Virus record (IMG/VR): IMGVR_UViG_3300001683_000005
Coordinates: 1-45,157 of that record
From: a virus
Reading direction: 5' to 3' (one strand)
DNA length: 45,157 nt
Part shown: positions 1-6,351 of the stretch, piece by piece
Numbering within the stretch: position 1 is the first letter of the stretch
Layout: each line of letters begins with the position of its first letter
Made by a program: the position numbers and the translations under genes
The notes under the pieces: model-generated
What the model was told of the DNA's origin: nothing
What the model saw: only the letters and a program-made list of their open reading frames with translations
The model's database searches: none

Positions 1-91
1 AGCCAAGGGAAGCCCGGTGTCGGACAACTTCTCGTAGTTTGATAAAACAATAAACTACGCAAGGAATCTGCCACCATGGCTATTACCAACT
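1..91. repeat. Terminal direct repeat, left copy (identical to 45067-45157); contig closes on itself, genome unit 45,066 bp
   Basis: Read directly: agccaagggaagcccggtgtcggacaacttctcg...ccaccatggctattaccaact is present at both ends, including the capsid leader hairpin and the first 16 nt of the capsid ORF. This fits circular assembly of a circularly permuted or terminally redundant genome. I cannot distinguish an assembly overlap from a physical terminal repeat. Confidence 0.95.
33..59 (+). promoter_or_regulatory. Leader hairpin upstream of the major capsid gene (possible RNA processing, stability or translation element)
   Basis: Perfect 8-bp inverted repeat cgtagttt (33-40) / aaactacg (52-59) with an 11-nt A-rich loop. 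It lies 17 nt upstream of the capsid ATG, inside a 155-nt leader (44987-45066 plus 1-75), the longest spacer in the late block. The function is inferred. Confidence 0.35.
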
Positions 92-1503
92 CACTGACTG
101 GTCTTGGTAATCTGACGGGCAACGCCGGAACCGCTGGTGCCGACTATAAGGTTTCCAACCTTTATAAGCAGGCATACAGCGACGCGGTGCGCCTCCAGAT
201 CCAGCAGTTCGATTCTCTGCTCTCCGACACTCTCCAACGCGAGAGCATCGAGGGCGAGGTCAAATCATTCGACCGACTCAACAAGAAGAGCGTTGACGAT
301 CTCCTCATCCGTACCCGCAGTGGCCTCTACGGCATCAAAAATGGTGTTGTTGCCACAGATACCGTCCTCGTTGCTGACGCAGTGTATGGGGCGAGCGACA
401 CCCAGCGCCGCATGATCGAGCCTCTGTGGTTCGAGTATGCGGAACTCTTCGACCCTCGCGACTCTCAGGGGCTGATGAAGGCCGTGCGGCCCGATTCTCA
501 ATACCTCCGCAACCTCGCAGCCATCTTCAACCGGAAGAAGGATCGGATCATCCTGGACGCGCTGTCCAAGAATGTGACCGTTCAGCAGCGAACTGGTTCC
601 GGCATAACCACGAACGCCACGGTGGCCTTCACCAACAATATGCAAAACACTGGCGAGGGAGCAACGGCTGCGGTTGGTGACTACAGTGGGGCTGGCTTCG
701 CAACCGAGGGCCTTGAGATTGGCTGCAACCTTGGCAAAGCGGTCGATGGTATCAGTCACCCAACCGTCACCACCCCCCTCTTCGAGGTGACGGCAACCGG
801 GGTGATCGACACAGGCACATGGAATGCCGCTGGTGTGGAATATGTTGGCACAACGGCCGCCAGCCAAGTTCTCGACGCAGCAACCCAGTACGACAGCAGC
901 ACCACCCCACCAACCGTCATCATCCCGGCCACTGGCAGTGGCACTGGCGCTGCTTCTGTTGGCACCGTGACTGAGTTGAACATCGAAAAACTCATCCGTG
1001 CCCGGCAGAAACTTGACGCCAACAACGCACTCATGCCCGGCACACGCTACATTTGCCTGTGTCACCCGAACAACTTCTACAGTCTCATGTCCGACTCGAC
1101 TGACACTCGCTTCACCAGCATTGATTTCAATGACGGCAAGCCGCTCACGAGCGGGGAGGCTTTCAAGTTCATGGGCTTTGAGTTCAGGATCACCAACGAA
1201 CTGCCGCAAGCCGTAACTGATAACACCTCCGCCTCCACCATCTCCGTCACCGACTTCGATGTTATCAATGAGGCCTCGCCTGTGGCCTGTGGCACCACAG
1301 CGGCCAATGTTCCGGTTCGCTGGGTGTACTTCTACACCGAGCAGTGCGGCATCTTCGGCATGAACCAGGAAATGCAGATCCGGTTCGACGAGATTCCCGA
1401 GCGTGGGTATGCCCTTCAAATGTGGCACCAGATCGGGATGAACGGGCTACGCATGGACGGTGACTGCATCGTGCGCGTGGCGTGCAAGGACGAGCCAGCA
1501 TAG
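76..1503 (+). CDS. Major capsid protein (475 aa) with an internal Thr/Gly/Ala-rich insertion of about 130 aa
   Basis: Long ORF directly after the scaffold-like gene. The portal-scaffold-capsid order matches T7 gp8-gp9-gp10. It is preceded by a long leader and followed, after the small structural genes, by a strong terminator. The 387-aa antisense ORF is a shadow. Confidence 0.8.
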   Translation: MAITNSLTGLGNLTGNAGTAGADYKVSNLYKQAYSDAVRLQIQQFDSLLSDTLQRESIEGEVKSFDRLNKKSVDDLLIRTRSGLYGIKNGVVATDTVLVADAVYGASDTQRRMIEPLWFEYAELFDPRDSQGLMKAVRPDSQYLRNLAAIFNRKKDRIILDALSKNVTVQQRTGSGITTNATVAFTNNMQNTGEGATAAVGDYSGAGFATEGLEIGCNLGKAVDGISHPTVTTPLFEVTATGVIDTGTWNAAGVEYVGTTAASQVLDAATQYDSSTTPPTVIIPATGSGTGAASVGTVTELNIEKLIRARQKLDANNALMPGTRYICLCHPNNFYSLMSDSTDTRFTSIDFNDGKPLTSGEAFKFMGFEFRITNELPQAVTDNTSASTISVTDFDVINEASPVACGTTAANVPVRWVYFYTEQCGIFGMNQEMQIRFDEIPERGYALQMWHQIGMNGLRMDGDCIVRVACKDEPA

Positions 1504-1522
1504 GTAAGAGTGGGGGTCTGCT

Positions 1523-1975
1523 GTGACAGGGAAGATGAACTCGATTAGCGCTGAGACACTGACTCGGTTTACCTCCGCGTCAGGGCTTGGTACATTCGGG
1601 ACCGTCTATGTAAACCTACTCACAGCAGGCCCCGCTAACGATGGCACGGTGACGACAGCCGTAGACGGCACGGAGTGGCTAATGGCCAGGGTGCCGATTG
1701 AAAGAACCGAGTGGACCGCCCCGGCGATTGTTCCCGGCAACGCGAACGCGGTGCAGATCACCAACGGCATCCCGCTAACCTGGGACGACATCACCTTCGA
1801 CAACCCTGGCGGCCCCACGGTCACCACTGCCACCGTGACGCACATTGGCGTGTGGAACACTTTCGACGGCACGGGCGACCTGCTCTACTGGGACGAGTTG
1901 GAGGTTGCTCGCACTGTGAACACTGGCGACACCTTCCAGTTGGGGGTGGGCAAACTAAGAATACGGGAGGACTGA
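1523..1975 (+). CDS. Small beta-rich virion protein, paralog 1 of 3 (150 aa); fibre/collar- or decoration-like
   Basis: GTG at 1523 (or ATG at 1535), 20 nt after the capsid stop. The pattern LLTAGPANDGT...NAVQITNGIPLTW...VTHIGVWNTFDGTGDLLYW...VNTGDTFQLGVGKLRI recalls a widespread small phage tail-fibre/collar-like family. This is recollection, not a search. Confidence 0.6.
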   Translation: MTGKMNSISAETLTRFTSASGLGTFGTVYVNLLTAGPANDGTVTTAVDGTEWLMARVPIERTEWTAPAIVPGNANAVQITNGIPLTWDDITFDNPGGPTVTTATVTHIGVWNTFDGTGDLLYWDELEVARTVNTGDTFQLGVGKLRIRED

Positions 1976-1979
1976 TGGA

Positions 1980-2543
1980 ATGACCGACGCAAGTGCCGGA
2001 GCCAGCGCCAATGCTTTCGTTGAGCGAGGCGCGGCAGCAGAGACTACCATGAAGGAGCGCGGCTACCTGACATACGAGGTGGTCGGTCCCGACGGCAAGG
2101 TGAAGCAGACCGCAACGAGCGAGAACGCCCTCACCACCGAGGGCGCCGCGTACATCCTGGGCCTCGTCAAGCCTTCCTCTCCGGGCACCCAGGACACCTC
2201 GCTGTTTCTGGGCCTGATTGGAGACGACCCCACCCTTGCAGTGACAGACACAATGGCGAGCCATGTCGGCTGGACCGAAGAAACTGCGACAGGATATGTG
2301 AGGATCGCTTGGCTCGCAGACGCGGTGACTGCTGGCGCACCAGCGGCCCTGGCCAAACAGTCCTCATGGCCACCCGTGGTTGGTAGGGCGCAGTTGACCG
2401 TTTGGGGGGCCTTCCTGGTCACTGAACTTGGAGCAGGAACCCCTGTAACCCTGATAGCGACCTCGGCGCTCACTGGGGGCGGCAGCCTCTCGGTTGGCGC
2501 GGAAGACACATTGAACATAACCTTCAAACTCACACTGGCCTAA
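1980..2543 (+). CDS. Small beta-rich virion protein, paralog 2 of 3 (187 aa)
   Basis: ATG at 1980 with GGGAGG (1965-1970) 9 nt upstream. The C-terminus ...VGAEDTLNITFKLTLA shares the G-(E)D-T-hydrophobic-x-hydrophobic ending with its two neighbours. Confidence 0.6.
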   Translation: MTDASAGASANAFVERGAAAETTMKERGYLTYEVVGPDGKVKQTATSENALTTEGAAYILGLVKPSSPGTQDTSLFLGLIGDDPTLAVTDTMASHVGWTEETATGYVRIAWLADAVTAGAPAALAKQSSWPPVVGRAQLTVWGAFLVTELGAGTPVTLIATSALTGGGSLSVGAEDTLNITFKLTLA

Positions 2544-2553
2544 AGGAGGGCAG

Positions 2554-3357
2554 ATGAACAGTAACGCAGGGGCCAGTGACAAGGCCGAGATCGAAGTGAT
2601 AAGAGGCACGCCCCCTCCAGTGGGAATGGTTGGGGTGAGCGGCGAGTTCCACATCACCGCACACCACGAAAACGGCGAGGAGTTCTACCGCAACACAGTG
2701 AAGAACGCCACGACGACGGAGTTTCTTGTTGAGATGATAAACATCTTTGGTTCCGGTGCAAAAAACCTTGGTGCTGACGAGGCCGCTATCGGCGACAACG
2801 GAATCATCCAGGCCTTCGCATCTGCTGGCGGGTTAACTGGGGAAGCCACATACGGAACTGCCACCACTGGTGGAACCACCTCCTCCTATGAGTTCATGAT
2901 TGGTCTCGGAACTGCCACCACCCCGACACTCCATGCCACGACCAAGTCCTATACGGACATAGATGTGGGCGCTATAGCCACAACGGGCTTTGGCGAGGTG
3001 GCAGTCTCCGCTGCTGGCATTTCGGATTATACGAGGCAGCGGTTTGGTATCGCTACAGATGCTGGGATCAACCACCCCACCATAGTCGATCCAAATGTCA
3101 CAGTGACCAACCTCGGTGCTGGTGACCGGGCCACTTGGTTGCGTCCGGCCAGTGACACGGGCACGCTCGTGATTACTTGTGTGATGCTGGTGTTTACCAA
3201 CGACATAGATTCTGGCGATAACGCCGTGGGGGCTGGCACCACGGCTGGCTCGCTCAACAGGCTGGTGGCCTGTGCAGACCTTGGTGCCAGCGATGTGGAC
3301 CTGCAAGGTGGCGACACCATCAATGTTCGCTACACCTACCAACTGGCAGCCTCCTGA
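2554..3357 (+). CDS. Small beta-rich virion protein, paralog 3 of 3 (267 aa)
   Basis: ATG at 2554 preceded by AAGGAGGG. Thr/Gly/Ala-rich. The C-terminus ...LQGGDTINVRYTYQLAAS matches the ending shared with 1523-1975 and 1980-2543. Confidence 0.6.
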   Translation: MNSNAGASDKAEIEVIRGTPPPVGMVGVSGEFHITAHHENGEEFYRNTVKNATTTEFLVEMINIFGSGAKNLGADEAAIGDNGIIQAFASAGGLTGEATYGTATTGGTTSSYEFMIGLGTATTPTLHATTKSYTDIDVGAIATTGFGEVAVSAAGISDYTRQRFGIATDAGINHPTIVDPNVTVTNLGAGDRATWLRPASDTGTLVITCVMLVFTNDIDSGDNAVGAGTTAGSLNRLVACADLGASDVDLQGGDTINVRYTYQLAAS

Positions 3358-3440
3358 TGCCTAAACCGAAGAAGCCGAAGAAGAAGCCCAAGAAGGCGGG
3401 CGGAAAGCCGAAGCGAAGCGCGGGGCCGAAGCACTACTAA
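3357..3440 (+). CDS. 27-aa polycationic Lys/Pro-rich micro-ORF (MPKPKKPKKKPKKAGGKPKRSAGPKHY)
   Basis: Not in the ORF track because it is under 60 aa. Its ATG overlaps the upstream stop (cTGATGc). It has in-phase aag/ccg periodicity and ends 18 nt before the intrinsic terminator. It shares the gaagccgaag / KPK..KP.G theme with the 93-aa basic ORF at 26227. Confidence 0.45.
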   Translation: MPKPKKPKKKPKKAGGKPKRSAGPKHY

Positions 3441-3458
3441 AAAGACACACCTCCTCGT

Positions 3459-3501
3459 GGGGGATGGGGGGCCCGTGGAGTTCTCCATCCCCCTATTTTT
3501 T
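3459..3501 (+). terminator. Rho-independent terminator after the capsid/small-structural gene group
   Basis: Perfect 9-bp stem gggggatgg (3459-3467) / ccatccccc (3485-3493) with a 17-nt loop, followed by tatttttt (3494-3501). The position is analogous to T7 Tphi after gene 10. Confidence 0.75.
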
Positions 3502-3511
3502 GGAGGCACGA

Positions 3512-3877
3512 TTGCTAAAACCGTTTTCCGCCTCCACCCCGAAGCCCGTGGTTCCGGCAACCTTCCCGTCTGATCTGGATGTGAAGGACGGGATAATCGA
3601 CGGCACCTACACTCTTGCCTATCAAGACTCTGACGATAACTGGTATTCGATCACGGAATCCTATGATCGCTTCGATGATACTGAAGCAGGGTATATTAGT
3701 TTTCGTTGGCTCGACACGACCATCGTTGCTGAAATACTGCTGACTTCTAGAGCAGTTGTAAAGGCTAGCGGAGTACCTGAGTTGGCGAGGGAGAGCAAGG
3801 TTCATGGTCCTGGAACCTACGGATCAGGGGGTGTTGCCGAGGGTCTGACTAACGGCTTCACCCTGAGGACGGCCTAA
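3512..3877 (+). CDS. Hypothetical structural protein (about 121 aa; start uncertain)
   Basis: The ATG at 3464 given by the ORF track lies inside the terminator stem. The in-frame TTG at 3512 has GGAGG (3502-3506) 5 nt upstream. The stop overlaps the next start (TAATG). Confidence 0.5.
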   Translation: MLKPFSASTPKPVVPATFPSDLDVKDGIIDGTYTLAYQDSDDNWYSITESYDRFDDTEAGYISFRWLDTTIVAEILLTSRAVVKASGVPELARESKVHGPGTYGSGGVAEGLTNGFTLRTA

Positions 3878-6351
3878 TGACATTTTCCGTTGGCGACCGC
3901 ATTGTTGATTCAACCAGAACCGTAATCTCTGGCGTTCCCAATGACACTGGCTACACGCTAGGGGCATCCGAAGATGTTATCATCCTGTGTCACGCAGCGG
4001 CGGATGGATCTAATCGCTTCGACCCAGGCGACCCAGTTAGGATCTTCTACAGAGAAAAAACTATTCCGGAGGGTTCCTTTGCCCTGCTCTCAACCTCTAG
4101 CACCGGGATAGGTGGCCCTCCGGTCATTCCATACACCGTCGCCAGCACCGTCGGCGTCCCACACGATCTCGACAATAACAACCAAGTCTCAAATGCGGTT
4201 GACTCTGGCGGTCAGCCTGTGGAGCGGCGCTGCGGCTCCACTGCCGGGAAGTCATTCGTTGCGATTATGAAGGAATATGCTGGGAGCAACTCTCTCAACT
4301 TCAGCGGCAGTAGCCGTGACGATTTTACGGAAATGCAGGTGGCTATCAACTTCAGCGGGTGTGCGGCGGGAACTATTTGGCAGTTCCAGACCAGATGGAC
4401 GGAGAAGAGCAGTACAGTTGTCAACCTAGACTGTCTTTCAACAGTAACAATCCCTTCCGCGGCCACCACCTACTCTTCCACGGCCTCAGACACGGCCACC
4501 GCAAGTGACGCAGCCCTGGCCGAGCGGCCAGCAGTTACCAAGAGCGCAACTGCCGCTGACAGCGCAACCGCTTCGGACGCAGCGGTGGCCGAGCGGGCGG
4601 GCGTCATTTACGACAGGGCCGCCGCCGACAGCGCAACTGCCTCCGACGCAGCAGTGGCGGAACGCCCAGCCGCCACTAAAGAGACCACGGCTTCCGACAG
4701 CGCCACCGCAAGTGACGCAGCCTTGGCCGAGCGGCCAGCGGTCACCAAGGAGGCCACCGCCTCAGATAGCGCAACGGCCTCCGACGCAGCGGTGGCCGAG
4801 CGGCCAGCAGCCACTAAAGAGGCCACCGCCTCAGATAGCGCCACCTCTTCAGACTCGGTAGTAGCCGAACGCCCAGCCGCAACCAAGTCGGCCACGGCCT
4901 CAGACACGGCCACCGCAAGTGACGCGGCCCTGGCGGAGCGCCCAGCAGTTACCAAGAGCGCAGCGGCTTCGGACAGCGCCACAGCCTCCGACGCAGTAGT
5001 GGCGGACAAGGACTCAACCAAGAGCGCCACAGCCAGCGACAGCGCCACAGCCTCAGACACAGCCCTGGCGGAGCGGCCAGCCGCCACAAAGGCGGCAACG
5101 GCTTCGGACTCAGCCACTGCCTCGGACGCGGTGGCAACTGAGCGGCCTGCCGCAACCAAGAGCGCAACCGCCTCTGATAGCGCAACGGCAAGTGACGCCA
5201 CGGTGGCCACCAAGACCACGGGCGGAGCCGTCACGCATACCGAGAGCGTTGTGGTTCACACGGCCATCGACACGGGTTACCCGACGGTGGAAGTGAGCGT
5301 GGCGCTAGAGGTGGCTCTTATTGGCGCCACGGGTACGGAACTGCACGGGGAGGGCGTTGTCGCTGCGGTGACGGGGGTCACTGCCTACGGCCAGATCACG
5401 CAGGAGGTTCTTGCTCACATAACAGGCGGCACGGACATAGTGGTGGTGACGGACTTGTCGATAGGTGCGGGTGGTGCCGGGGACGCAGGCGCTGACGGTG
5501 CTGGTCCGATGGTTATCGTGGAGGTTGTGGTGCCCATGTCTGGGGGGTCATCCGGGGATGGCTCTGGATCTACTTGGGACGCTGAGGCTACTATAGACGG
5601 GAAGGGTAGCGCCCCCGCCCAGTTGAACTGGTTGTTGTTGGATGAGTTGGCTCTTATTGACGGGGCTGGCAGCGTGGCACCGGAGTTACTATCGGACGGA
5701 GAACTCGTGAGCGTAGAAGAGGTATGGAACACGGCATTGACCGTGCTAGGCGTGACGGTGGTCCAGACCACGGGCGAAGGCAGCCCGCAGGCCGACCTGT
5801 TGAATGCTGTGTGGGATGGTGGTTTCCGCGTGATGTTCTTAGCGGATCACGCCTGGAACGGCGCCAAGAGGACCAAGAAACTGGTGGAGTTTGTCTCCTC
5901 CCCCACAGGCAACAGGTGGAGCCACGCCTACTCACTGCCGGACGACTATGTGCGGGCCTTCAGGATCAACGGCAAGGAACTCCAGCCCGACTCTCATAAC
6001 TACGGCTCCAGCGGCCAACCGGGCGGCCACGACCTCTTTGAGATCGAGGTGGTGGAGAACGCCGATGGCCTCCTCAAGCGCTGTCTTCTTACTGACGAGG
6101 GGACTGTCATGTTGGAATATATGTTTGATGTGGGTAACGCCAACATTGACCTGTTATCACCGATGACGAAATGGGCAATGGGAGTGGCGCTGGCGGCCCA
6201 TGCCGCCCCCAACTTCGGCAAGTCTCAACAGGATATTGCGCTCCTTCAGGAGAGAGCAAACAAGGCGCTCATGGACGCCAAGGGGGTGGACGGGCAAGAG
6301 GGCACCCCGCAGATGTTCCAGACCACTCCAATACTTGACAGCAGGTACTAA
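3877..6351 (+). CDS. Adaptor / tail tubular protein A: a T7 gp11-like C-terminal domain of about 190 aa fused to a 640-aa N-terminal extension with tandem repeats (824 aa)
   Basis: The C-terminal part (...FRVMFLADHAWNGAKRTKKLV...YSLPDDYVRAFRING...MTKWAMGVALAAHAAPNFGKSQQDIALLQERANKALMDAKG) resembles my recollection of the gp11 layout. The gene is TAATG-coupled to the gp12-like gene. The N-terminal extension carries 11 x 23-aa repeats. Confidence 0.6.
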   Translation: MTFSVGDRIVDSTRTVISGVPNDTGYTLGASEDVIILCHAAADGSNRFDPGDPVRIFYREKTIPEGSFALLSTSSTGIGGPPVIPYTVASTVGVPHDLDNNNQVSNAVDSGGQPVERRCGSTAGKSFVAIMKEYAGSNSLNFSGSSRDDFTEMQVAINFSGCAAGTIWQFQTRWTEKSSTVVNLDCLSTVTIPSAATTYSSTASDTATASDAALAERPAVTKSATAADSATASDAAVAERAGVIYDRAAADSATASDAAVAERPAATKETTASDSATASDAALAERPAVTKEATASDSATASDAAVAERPAATKEATASDSATSSDSVVAERPAATKSATASDTATASDAALAERPAVTKSAAASDSATASDAVVADKDSTKSATASDSATASDTALAERPAATKAATASDSATASDAVATERPAATKSATASDSATASDATVATKTTGGAVTHTESVVVHTAIDTGYPTVEVSVALEVALIGATGTELHGEGVVAAVTGVTAYGQITQEVLAHITGGTDIVVVTDLSIGAGGAGDAGADGAGPMVIVEVVVPMSGGSSGDGSGSTWDAEATIDGKGSAPAQLNWLLLDELALIDGAGSVAPELLSDGELVSVEEVWNTALTVLGVTVVQTTGEGSPQADLLNAVWDGGFRVMFLADHAWNGAKRTKKLVEFVSSPTGNRWSHAYSLPDDYVRAFRINGKELQPDSHNYGSSGQPGGHDLFEIEVVENADGLLKRCLLTDEGTVMLEYMFDVGNANIDLLSPMTKWAMGVALAAHAAPNFGKSQQDIALLQERANKALMDAKGVDGQEGTPQMFQTTPILDSRY
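4477..5215 (+). repeat. In-frame tandem repeat, period 69 nt (23 aa), about 11 copies; consensus ATASDSATASDAAVAERPAATKS
   Basis: gagcggcca recurs at 69-nt spacing (e.g. 4522 and 4591). Eleven DSATASD/DTATASD units are visible in the translation. Alternative-frame and antisense ORFs in this region (4505-4861, 4608-5234) are repeat artefacts. Confidence 0.9.

Noticed and set aside
265-1428. 387-aa ORF antisense to the major capsid gene
   Set aside because: It lies entirely within a well-supported gene on the other strand, has an odd Gly/Val/His-rich composition, and has no SD. Long antisense shadow ORFs are typical in G+C-rich DNA. The same reasoning applies to 6348-6959, 7188-7922, 8520-9095, 16547-17131, 17550-18317, 21535-22077, 22216-22713, 41076-41660, 42038-42637 and 43598-44095.
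4477-5215. Regular 69-nt repeats as a possible CRISPR array or a DGR target
   Set aside because: The repeats are contiguous, with no spacers, and are in frame within a long ORF. There is no reverse transcriptase or template repeat elsewhere. I therefore call it a coding tandem repeat.
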